Below, piece by piece: positions 53,961 through 63,724 of a DNA stretch of 64,000 bases; the first letter of the stretch is position 1; the number at the start of each line of letters is the position of its first letter. The notes beneath the pieces are model-generated. The model was not told the DNA's origin. It saw only the letters and a list, made by a program, of their open reading frames with translations, and ran no database searches. The position numbers and the translations under genes are program-made. This stretch comes from Trueperaceae bacterium. Its GTDB lineage: Bacteria; Deinococcota; Deinococci; Deinococcales; Trueperaceae. Where the stretch lies: contig JAXHLW010000013.1 of assembly GCA_034521815.1 (NCBI GenBank), forward strand, positions 160,001 to 224,000. Reading direction: 5' to 3'.

Positions 53961-54763
53961 GGGCGTGTTCACACTAGCGGAGCTGGTCGGCGATGAAGGC
54001 GATGGTGACGAAGGCCGCGAACATGATGTCGGTCTTGTCGTAGCGCGTGAACACGCGTCGGAAGCGTTTGATGCGGCCGAAGAGTCGCTCGATCTCGTTG
54101 CGGCGCTTGTAGAGCTCGGTGTCGTACTCCCACGGATCCACGCGCGTCTGCAGCGGCGGGACGACCGGATCGAAGCCGAGCGACTGCGCCAGCAGGCGTG
54201 TCTCGTTGCCTTCGTAGGCACGATCCATGATCAGCGGGACTTGAAGGTTGTCGATGCCGAGGCTCTTCAAGAGCTCCCGTCCTGGCGGTGCGTCGTGAGC
54301 CTGGCCGGGCGTCAGGCTGACAGCCGAGGACGTGCTTGATACTCGCGGCAGCCAGATGAATCTTGGTGTCGAGACCGCCCTGGCTCCTGCCGATGGCTTG
54401 CGGCCCCCCTTTTCAGGGCGCCCGTTCCGTGCGGGTGCACCTTCACGCTCGTCGAGTCCATGTGGACCACCTCGATCTTGACGCGCAAGACGTTCAACAC
54501 CTGGAGCTCCTCGAATACCCGGTCGAGCACTCCAGCCTGCGCCCACCTGCTCATGCGCGTGTAGACGGTGTGCCACCTGCCGTACTTCGCCGGCAAGCCC
54601 CGCCACGTGCACCCGTTGACCGCGACATAGAGAATCGCGTTCAGAACAGTGAGGTTGTCGATGCTCACGTTTCCTCGTTGGACAGGCAATAAATGCTCAA
54701 TCAACTCGAACTGCTCACGCGTTAACTGCATAGCACACTACCACGCATAGTGTGAACACGCCC
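53961..54763 (-). mobile_element. IS5 family (IS427-like) insertion sequence
   Basis: Perfect 16-bp IRs GGGCGTGTTCACACTA, TA target duplication, orfA (MQLTREQF...DSTSVKVH) and orfB (DRAYE...YKRRNEIERLF..RYDK) joined at AAAAGGGGGG. Confidence 0.95.
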
Positions 54764-55560
54764 TAATCCTGGCAGGATTTCTCGCTTGCCTCGCAGGAGT
54801 TGGTGACCTACTTCGATCGAGTGAACTGCATGGATTGCGACTCATCTCGGGTAATCGGGGTGGAGCACAGCGCGGCCAAGCTATAGCTGTACGAGCAAGC
54901 CGGTCCAGCCGTTGGACAGACTCGTTGAGCCTCTGCGCAGCGAGCGCCTGGGCCTCTGCGAATCCATTGAGCAGCGCCGGGCATGGGCGCACCACATTTC
55001 GGTGCCTCGACATGGTCGACACTCGACAAGCGCTGCATTGTGCCGGCCGTGGAGATACGGTGTCGAAGCCTGGCTGTCGACACCACTCGACGCCGAGCAT
55101 GTCGACGGACGCAACCGGCACAACGCGCGCACACGGGCGCAGGGGCATCGTCCTGGCGCAACGCCTCGCCGCCGACAGATTCGACACCCTGCGGCCTGTG
55201 GCGTTCCCCGGAGGGCGTCGTACGATCGCTAGCCGGGGGAGGGGGCGCTTCGCCCGAAGATGCATACACCGAAGCGGGGGCGAGCTCGTGCCAATGTGCC
55301 GGCAGTTTCTGGAAGCGGCGCGACCGCGCAAGCGTCAACATTTGTCAACATCTCGCGTCAATCCGACACACTGGCGTTTCAGGTTTTTCAGTATCTTGCC
55401 GTCGATCCAAAGGCGGTGGGCGTCAGGTAGGCACGCGCCTAGCAGGAGCGCGCGACGCCTGCCGGGTCGGCACGGTTTCAGGTATTGCCATGCGGCACGT
55501 GCGGCTGTCTGCCCAGCTTCACGCGGTAGGCTGCCGAGAGCAAGGCGAGGGAGCAGGTTC

Positions 55561-55895
55561 ATGGAATACGTCATGCGATACACACTGGAGCCCGCGAAGA
55601 CGGAGGATTTCCAGAGCTTGGCTCGCGGCCAACGAACAGAGACTGCGCGACGAGTCGCACCGAGACGTGGACGTACCTCGGGACGTTCTTCGTCGGTTCA
55701 CGGGACGGCGGGTTACGACTGCGAGACCCGCTGGAGGCTCGACAGCTACTCTGCCTTGGAGCCCACCGGGGAGGCTCGGCGTGGCCGAAGTTGATTCAAG
55801 AACACGGGTCCTTCGTCAGCGACCTGCCTCCCAGCCGCACGGTGCTGATGAAGGAGGCCTCCGGCGTAACGATCATCGAGAGCGAGGAGTCGTAG
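55561..55895 (+). CDS. Small hypothetical protein, possibly NIPSNAP/dimeric alpha-beta barrel-like (frameshifted)
   Basis: RBS, then MEYVMRYTLEPAK / FRAWLAANE / WTYLGTFFV / YDCETRWRLDSYSAL across frames. Confidence 0.45.
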
Positions 55896-56243
55896 GACGA
55901 AGGTCCGATGCGGTGTCGTCCGTCGCCGCTGGTGGTGAACGCGAGCGATCGGCGGTGAGCCCGAGTTCGCGGAGAGGCACGGCATCGACGATCGCCATGC
56001 CGTCGGCACGTGCGACACGGGCGTTGCTGGTGTTGCGGTCCTGGGTTTCTGGCTTGGGTTTCCGGTCTATCCTGGGCGCGTGGCGACGCCCCGGTATTCG
56101 GTGGTCGGCCCGTCCGACGACCGAGCGCCCCGGCTGCGACACCGGGGCGCCCTTTATACGCCAGCCAGGCTCGCTCGTCACCGTTACGTGAGGTGCAACG
56201 TGTGGCCGGGCGCGAGGTACGGCGCGACCAGCTTGCGCGCCTC

Positions 56244-56305
56244 GGCGGCCTTCCGGTCGCTCCGATCGACTCCGGTAGCGCCCGGGCTTCGACCCGGGGC
56301 GCTCT
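56244..56305 (+). repeat. Structured ~63-nt element, copy 1 (hairpins plus terminator-like stem and T tract)
   Basis: GGCGGCCTTCCGGTCGCTCCGATC is identical to copy 2; AGCGCCCGGG-CTTCGA-CCCGGGGCGCT stem followed by CTTGCTTTT. Confidence 0.8.
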
Positions 56306-56519
56306 TGCTTTTCTTCTTGCGTGGACATCTTCGGGCGCCACGGTTGGCGTTTTGGTCTTGTTTCGCGAGGCGGCAATGGGCCGTCCGCCATGCATGTGTC
56401 TACTCGTCGCGACTCGGCGGTCCACCGGTACGGCGGGTGCCCTTCCTCTTCGCGTCGCACCCGCTCGCTCGTCGACTCGGCGGGCTTCTGAACGCGCTCT
56501 ACCGCGCAGGAACCGCGCG

Positions 56520-58199
56520 TACCTGCCTGCATGATGCGTGACGCGTGGGGTGTCGCAGGTCGCGCCGTACCCTCTCCCGGCCGGCTTTGAAGGTGGTAGA
56601 ATCGCTGTACTAGACGGTGTTCCTGCCTTCTTCTCGATACCTGCGTTGGGGGTTGTGGTGAAGCGTTTCCTGCCGTTCGATCCGGATCAACCGCTGTTGC
56701 TACCCCCGACCTCAGGGAGGCCTTACCCGATGGCCATCCGGCCTTGCTGATTGGGGATGTCGTCGATCAGTTGGACTTGAGGGAGATTCACGATCGTCTC
56801 GAGGATGGACAGTGGGGTGGCAAGCCCGGTTTCGATCCTCGCGTGATGGTGCGGATTTGGGTGTACGCGTACGCGCTCGGGTTGCGCTCGTCGAGGAAGG
56901 TTGCGCAGGCCCTGGTGGAGAACGTCGCGTTCCGGGTGGTGGCGCACAACCAGACGCCGGGGCATTGGGCTCTCAACCACTTCCGGACGCGGCACCGCGT
57001 AGCGCTCGGGAACCTCCTTGCGCAGACGGTGCAGGTCGCTGCAGGCATGGGGTTGGTGAAGCTCGTGAACGTCGCGATCGACGGCACGAAAGTCAAGGCG
57101 AACGCAAGCAAGCACAAGGCCATGAGTTACGGCCGCATGGACGCGAGCGAGGCGCGCTTGCGGGCCGAGATCGAGCGCTACTTCGAAGCGTGCGACGTGC
57201 AGGACGAACGCGACGATGAGACGTTCGGACCGGACGGTGACGGCATGAGCCTGCCCGAGGACTTGCGGAGTAGCCAGGCGCGCCGCGCCAAGATCGCGGC
57301 CGCCAAGCGCGAGTTGGAGCAGCGCGCGAAGGACCGTAAGGCCCGCAGCCAGGAGAAACGCCGGGACGCCGCGGAGCGGGAAGGCCGCGATTACCACCCC
57401 GGGATGATGCGGACGACGCGGTTCCCAAGGACAGCGATCAGATCAACTTCACCGATCCGGAGTCCCGCATCATGACGAGCGACGGCGCGTTCGTTCAGGC
57501 GTACAACGCGCAAGCCGCGGTCGATACCGACGAGTCACATCGTGCTCGCCGCTCAGCTCGGCAATCAGGCTCCGGACAGCGAGTACTTCCCAGCCTGGTG
57601 AACGAAACGATCGAGACGACCGGCAGGATCCCTGCTGCACGTGACTGCGGACGCGGGCTACTACGGTCGCAGCAACATCGAGCATGCCGAACGGCTGGGG
57701 ACTGAACCGCTCATTCCGCCCGACAAGATCCGCCGTAACGAGTGGCGGGCGCAACAGGCGCCCAAGGGCCGCATTCCGAAGGGCCTATCTCGTAAGGACC
57801 GCATGCGGAGGCGCTTGGCGACGAAACAAGGGAAACGGCTGTACCTGCAACGCCAAGCCAGTGTCGAACCGGTGTTCGGAACCACCAAGGCTGCACGTGG
57901 CCTGCAGCAGTTCCTTCACCGCGGGCTTGATAAGAACCGTCACCTGTTCCGTTTCGACATGGCCGTCCATAACCTCTTGAAGATCGTGCGGCACGCCCAA
58001 CGAAGCCTCACGCCGCCACCCCCAACCGCAGGGCCGGAGCGGCAACGACGAGCTTTCAAGCAAGCCTCGCAGGTACCCCATGAACCCAGTCCGGCCCACC
58101 CGAACCCATGCATCTCGAGGCGAAGCTCAGCCAACCCGACACGTCCCGCCGACCGCATGCCCGACCCGCACGACAACGGGTATGCACGCAGGCTCCTAG
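56520..58199 (+). mobile_element. IS1182 family insertion sequence (transposase from GTG 56658, several frameshifts; left end approximate)
   Basis: FLPFDPDQPLLLPP, GFDPRVMV..WVYAY..G.RSSRK, AIDGTKVKANAS, QINFTDPESRIM, YNAQAAVD, ADAGY, VEPVFG. Confidence 0.9.
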
Positions 58200-59931
58200 C
58201 CCTAATTATTCGTGAGGGTTGGAAGCGTGAAGGCCTCGAACGTGGTAGAAAGAGTGTGAGGCACGAACTTTCTACACGTTGGAGGCCTTCTGGTGAGAGA
58301 GGATAGCACGCAACAGTCTGTCGTCGTTCGAGGGGTGGTTCAGAAAGCCGCTGGTGGCAAGGTTCGATCAGCCGCTGGGCAGCAGCGATGGTGGGGCGGT
58401 GTTGCTTCGCGGCGTGGATGAGCAGTCTGGGGTTGACGACGTCGATGGCGTCGGTGTTGAGGGACCGGCGAGACCCAGAGCGGGTGCAGCACTCGTTTCG
58501 GGACGTGCTTCGCCAGCGGGTGGTGGGGATCGCGTGCGGGTACGAGGATGGCAACGATGCGAGCCGCTTGCGGCGCGACCCGATCCAGAAACTGGTGTTG
58601 GACCGAGACCCCGAGCGCGGGTTGGACCTGGCGTCGCAACCGACCCTGTCGCGCTTCGAGACTGGCGTGACGCGCCGTGAGGTGTTCGCCATGGGGGTCG
58701 CGCTGGCCGAGCGTGTGATCGAGCGGCACCGGCCCCGCCTGCAGCGGCCGCGCGAAGCGCATCACGGTCGACGTGGACGGCACCGACGACCCCACGCACG
58801 GCGCGCAGCAGGGCGCGCTGTTCAACGGGTTTTACGGCGGGCAGCTGCTACTTGCCGTTGGTTGCCTCCATCGCAGTTCGGGCAGGAGCGTGATCAGTAC
58901 GTCCTCGACCAGCCTGCTGCGGAACGGCAACGCCCACGCCCGCGCTGGGCGCGATCCCGTTGTTGCGCCGCATCCTGGCGCGCCTGCGCGCGGCGTTCCC
59001 GAAGGCGCGCCTGCGGGTGCGGTTGGACGGCGGGTTCGCCACGCCCAAGCGTGTTCGACCTCCTCGAAACGGAGGGTGTGGAGTTCGTGGTCGCGACGGC
59101 CAAGAACGCGGTCCTGGAACGCCTCGTGGAACCCCTCATGCGTGAAGCCCGCGAGGCGAGCGAGGCGAGTGGGCAGAGTGAACGCCGGTACGGGCACGCC
59201 CTGTACCGGGCGCGCAGTTGGCCGCACGCGCGACGGGTCGTATTCAAGGCCGAAGTGACCCGGCATCCCGGCCGGAAGGCGCGGGACAACCCCCGCTTCG
59301 TCATCACCAACACCCGTGCCGATCCGGAGGTCGTCTACCGCCGCATCTACGCCAAGCGCGGCGACATGGAGAACCGCTTGAAGGAACTCCAGGACCACCT
59401 GGCCGCAGACCGGCTCAGCTGCACGCGTTTCCTCGCCAACCAAGCCCGCCTGCTGCTGCACACCGCCGCGTACGCGCTGTACCAGGAACTCAGGCTGCAC
59501 GCGACCGGCACGAGTTTCGCCCGCGCGTACGCGGGCACCCTGCGCGAGCGCCTCATCAAGATCGGCGCGTGGATCAAGACCTCCACCCGCCGCATCACGC
59601 TGCACCTCCCCCAAGACGCCCCCTGGCAGCACGAATGGCGGCACGTCGCCAGGGCCCTGCAAGCCACCACCAGCGCCTGAACGACCCCCGACCCCGACAA
59701 CGAAGCTCGCCCACACGATCGACGCCAATCCCTGGCGCCGAGCCGACCCCCTACACCCCAACGCGGCCCTTCAGGCCCCGCGAACCCCGTTCACGACGTC
59801 TCGAACCGCCCTCAAGGCCACCGACGAGGCGCCGACGCGGCGAACCGACGGGCGCCGACCCCGGAGCCACCAGCGCCGCTGGACCCGACCCGAAAGCCCA
59901 CCCAGCCGCGCCTCTGCATGAAGAATGCGCG
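58200..59931 (+). mobile_element. IS1380 family insertion sequence (transposase 58293-59680, frameshifts)
   Basis: SSDGGAVLL, GYEDGNDA..LR.DP, LASQPTLSRFE, DGTDDPTHGAQQ, YAKRGDMENRLKE; imperfect IRs CCCTAATTATTCGTG / CATGAAGAATGCGCG. Confidence 0.92.
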
Positions 59932-59939
59932 CTGAGCGT

Positions 59940-61402
59940 CAACGCCGTTCACTTAAGGATGGCGACGGCTTGGTCGGGCATCTTGGTCGGTTGCGGCCAG
60001 CCTTCGTGCTTGGCGCGTTTGGGTGGGTAGTACGTGACGGCGCGCTTGACGACGCGGGGGCAGGAGCGGAGTCGTGCGGGATTCGGTTCGGAAAGGATTT
60101 CGTGGATCGCTTCATGGATCAGCGTGGTTCGGGTCGTGGGGGGAAACACTCTCGGGTCTGGAGAGTTTGCGTCGCATGGCGCGCAGGCCGCCCGTGAAGG
60201 AGAGCCGGCCTGTGTCGACGTTGCCGCCGAGCGCGGCCTGGTGCAGCAGCCAGCGGATGGCGTAATGCACGCACGCGAAGCCGTAGAGCTCCTGGATCAC
60301 GCCGCCTGGCGTGCGGCTGCGCAGGACGAGATGGGTTCCCCCCTGGCTGGCCTTGACCTCCTTGATGCTGATCTCGATGTCCCAACGTTTCGCGTAGAGC
60401 GCCGCGAGCTCCTCGGCCGGCGCGTCCTTGGGGTCAAGGATCGTGGTCGCCAAGCGGTACGCTTGCGCCGCCTGCGGCCTGCCGGGATCGTCGAGGGCGT
60501 ACTCGAGGATCCGGATCGGCACGCCCGGCAGGCCCTTGCGACGATCGTTCGGGCTTTTGAACACCTGACTCAGGAACGACCCGTCCGGCAGCCTCTCCTC
60601 GACCGGGAACACCGCATTGCGCTTCAGGCGCCACAGCAACTCCGCGCCGGTAGCGTGCGCCTCCTGCCAGGCGTGAAACCCGAAGTACGCCCGGTCGCAC
60701 AGGCACAACATGCCCGGCTGCAAGCGCGAAAGCAACGGCTTCGCAAGCGTCAACTCGCTGTCCGTGTACGCTCCCGCGGAGAGGCCCACGATGGCGCGCG
60801 TGCCGACCTCGCCAAGCGCGACCCAACGCACCCGCGGGTACGCGCTCCGCTTCCCCCGCGACACGCCCGGACGACCGAACCCGCTCGGCGTTCTTCGGCG
60901 TGTCCGGCACCTCCAGCGTGCTGCCATCGATGCTCATCAACCGCCACGAGCGGTACCACGCGCCCTGCGTCTCCGCGCTCCGCCATCGGTACGGCGGTCT
61001 CCTCGAACAAGCGCTGCAGCGGTTCCGACCCCACCCGCGCCCGCGCCTTCGAGAACGCCGACTTCTGCGGAATCACCAGCGGCACCGACGGATCGAACGA
61101 CCGCAACCCCTCCACCAACAACCGGAACAACTCCCGATACCCCGCCGACGCGAACAACGCCATCGCCAGCACGTAATACACCACCAACTTCGACGGCAAA
61201 AGCCGCGAACGCTGCTCGATCCGCCCCGCCTCCCGCAACACCCGATCCACCAGCACCGGCGGAAAGAACGCCGCCAAAAACCCGAACCCCACCAAGTCCG
61301 GAACCCCGAACTCACGCTCCACCTTCTTCGGACGACCGGACTTCGCCACACCTCAAACTACCAACCCAACCCCACCCCGTCAAACCAAAGTGAACGGCAT
61401 TG
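59940..61402 (-). mobile_element. IS4 family insertion sequence (transposase 61349-59949, frameshifts)
   Basis: IRs CAA(T/C)GCCGTTCACTT match at 14/15; N-terminal RSRLLP..LVVYYVLAMALF, SIDGS, CDRAY, YAKRWDIE, RSCPRVVKR. Confidence 0.93.
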
Positions 61403-62099
61403 GCGCTAGGCTTGAAGGCCTGTGGTGCGTGGTCGCACGTTGAATCCATTCACTGCTGAACCGGAGGCTTGCGTCTTTGGGCGTTGCTGAATTCGTTGTG
61501 GCAATCGGACCGCCAGTCTCGGGGTAGTACGTTGCGACAAGCAGGATTCGCCCGATTGAGCGCGATCCATCATTGTCTCCGAACGTATTTGCGTTGAGGT
61601 AGTACGTGTACGACCCGGCAGCGTCGACCTCATCAATGAGCATCGCTGATCCGCCGTCCGAATACTGGCCCGAGATGAAGCCGGACTCAACGTCCAGGCG
61701 GTCCGAGTTTCTGAAGTTCGCTTCTGCTGATGTATCCGCTACGTACATCCTGATGGTGCTGTCTCCGGTTCCTGTTATGTGGATTGAAATCATATGGGCG
61801 GTCCCGTGAACTTGCACCACGCCGGCGGCGGGAACATCGATCGTGACACTTAGAAACTCGCTCGTCGTCGCGAAAGTACCGAGGAATACTCCGGAGTACG
61901 CGGTTGCGATTAATGGCTGGGCCTTCACTTCAAGGGCTGACACGGCGCTTTCCAGCGCGCTGAAATTGTCGTTGACTTCGCTTGCGATGATGTCGTCGCC
62001 GGCCGTGAATAGGTTGGGGATCGTTACGGCTGCGGCGAACATGCCGAGCGCAAGGAGTGCGGCAAGAAAGAACAGTGGACGGTAGGGGAACTGCTTCAA
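61380..62099 (-). CDS. Secreted protein with phage-fibre-like N-terminal motif, coiled coil and beta-rich C-terminal domain
   Basis: GGAGGT RBS; signal peptide; VTIPNLFTAGDDIIASEVNDNFSALESAVSALE. The 3' end runs into the IS4 IR (native stop may be the TAG at 61406-61408). Confidence 0.8.
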   Translation of the reverse strand: MKQFPYRPLFFLAALLALGMFAAAVTIPNLFTAGDDIIASEVNDNFSALESAVSALEVKAQPLIATAYSGVFLGTFATTSEFLSVTIDVPAAGVVQVHGTAHMISIHITGTGDSTIRMYVADTSAEANFRNSDRLDVESGFISGQYSDGGSAMLIDEVDAAGSYTYYLNANTFGDNDGSRSIGRILLVATYYPETGGPIATTNSATPKDASLRFSSEWIQRATTHHRPSSLAPMPFTLV

Positions 62100-62123
62100 G
62101 GGGTCACCTCCAAGAGAGTGCGA

Positions 62124-62288
62124 CTATTGCCAGGTGGCGTTGTTCCAGGTGCTCTCGTTCCAAACGCCAGGGCGGCCACCCTCGCCACCGGCCACGGGCG
62201 CGCTAGGCCCACCACAAGCAGCGAGAAGAAGAACAAACGCGAGGAGGAGGCCGAGGAATCTTCGGGAAGGGCGAGTTTTGGGTTCCAT
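62124..62288 (-). CDS. 54-aa lipoprotein with C-terminal WxxxxWxxxxW motif
   Basis: Lipobox LAAC, Gly/Pro linker, VWNESTWNNATWQ-stop; ends 24 bp before the fibre-like gene. Confidence 0.78.
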   Translation of the reverse strand: MEPKTRPSRRFLGLLLAFVLLLAACGGPSAPVAGGEGGRPGVWNESTWNNATWQ

Positions 62289-62615
62289 AGTCCGGTATAC
62301 CCCGGGGCTTCTGCCGATTCGAGCGAAGGTACACATGTAGCTCCCCTTTGAAGATGTAGGCGATCGGGCGCAACACTTGGCTATTCGCTCACGTTTTTCG
62401 AGTGGCCAATGACGTGCTCGATCAGGATGTCGGGGGAATCCAACCCGGGGGTGGTGGCTTAGAACCACTCGCCAAGCCGTCGAGCACCGGGGGAGCCCGG
62501 GACGCGGCTACCCCCAATCTCGGGGATTTGGAAGTGCAATGCGATGAAGTCAACATGTCACGAGACGCCGATCGATTTCAGGCCAGTAGTACCAAGGGCT
62601 CGATTAGACTCGGGC

Positions 62616-63113
62616 ATGATGCGGTCTGCTTCTCGATTCCTTGTTCTTCTCGTGGGCCTTGCATTGACGACAGCCTGCGCACCCTCCACGGCGAGTTCTT
62701 CAACTGGTCAGAGCAAGACACAGGACGCCTCGAACTCGGGTGGATCTTCTTCTACGCGTACCGCGTCCGGTAACAGCGTGAGCGACTTGCCAGCACTGCT
62801 TAGGTACGACGTGTCCAATGTGGAACTCCGTCTTACCCCCGAAAGTCCCGCGGTACTCGCGATCGGAGAGCGCGTCCAAGTGGAGGTTATTTGGGAGTCG
62901 AATATCGCAGAGCCGTACCAAGTCTGTCCGATCGTGACTACCTATTGGGCTGGGTGCGCGTCTTCTACTAGGCCGAACGGGCGGATGACCACTACGTTCT
63001 GGGCGGACGAGAAGCATTCCATTTCGCAGATCTTGCTCGAATTTAAAGAGACGTCGTTCCCGCGAGGGAATTTCTTTCAGGACAGCATTCCAGTCAACTA
63101 TCGCTGGGAGTAG
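62616..63113 (+). CDS. Lipoprotein with Ser-rich linker and beta-sandwich-like domain
   Basis: LALTTAC lipobox; TAGACT -10 box just upstream of the ATG. Confidence 0.72.
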   Translation: MMRSASRFLVLLVGLALTTACAPSTASSSTGQSKTQDASNSGGSSSTRTASGNSVSDLPALLRYDVSNVELRLTPESPAVLAIGERVQVEVIWESNIAEPYQVCPIVTTYWAGCASSTRPNGRMTTTFWADEKHSISQILLEFKETSFPRGNFFQDSIPVNYRWE

Positions 63114-63193
63114 GAGTCTCCGTAGGCATTTGCCAAGGCGTAGTGCACTTCCCGCGGATAGGACAGGATAGGACGCCATAGGATAGGAGACGT

Positions 63194-63258
63194 GGCGGCC
63201 TTCCGGTCGCTCCGATCACTCCCGGTAGCGCCTCGGGCTTCGACCCCCGGGGCGCTCT
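63194..63258 (+). repeat. Structured ~63-nt element, copy 2
   Basis: Near-identical to 56244-56305. Confidence 0.8.
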
Positions 63259-63266
63259 CTTGTCGA

Positions 63267-63654
63267 TCAGGTGGCGAGGTGTAACGCAGGGAGCACGTCG
63301 ACGATCTCTCCCCGACGTTTCTCGCGTCTCGATCTTGTACGGCTCCACGAGGCGCAAGACTGCAGCCGGCAACTCGTCAGCGGGGATGATCTCGCCCCCT
63401 TCGACCATGTCGAGCGTCTGAACCCACAGGAACACGAAGCCTGGTCGAGGGTCTCGAACCCACGCGCGGATTGCGTCGACGCTGTCGCCAGGCCGGCCGA
63501 GCATGCTGGTGAGACCGACAAGCTGGTTATCGGCGTCGCGAACAATCGACCCCATGACGAACGCCGGTGGGTGCGCGGCGGCCTCGAGGGCAGCGTGATC
63601 CAACCCCGGCGATTTGATCCGGCTACGGTGTGGGTATCCAGAAGGAGGTCCCAT
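63267..63654 (-). CDS. Hypothetical protein next to the right att (apparent frameshift near the C-terminus)
   Basis: Globular-looking ORF (FVMGSIVRD...GFVFLWVQTLD...). Confidence 0.45.
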
Positions 63655-63683
63655 GAAGGGCAAGTCGCAGTCCACGCATCAGA

Positions 63684-63724
63684 TAACCGATTGGTCGTAG
63701 GTTCGAATCCTACCCGCCGAGCCA
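63684..63724 (+). repeat. Right att site: duplicated 3' half of tRNA-Asn including CCA
   Basis: TAACCGATTGGTCGTAGGTTCGAATCCTACCCGCCGAGC is identical to 45197-45235 and is followed by CA. Confidence 0.95.

Larger units (their letters stand above)
45197..63722. mobile_element. Integrative genomic island (~18.5 kb) inserted in tRNA-Asn
   Basis: 39-bp direct repeat of the tRNA 3' half at 45197-45235 and 63684-63722; integrase next to the left end; several lower-GC segments; IS-rich. Confidence 0.92.

Noticed and set aside
54766-55500. 319-aa and 402-aa ORFs in the track
   Set aside because: Composition looks non-coding; only the part from 55561 looks like a real gene.
45238-63683. Prophage or conjugative ICE
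   Set aside because: No capsid, portal, terminase large subunit, tail, relaxase or T4SS genes were recognised.
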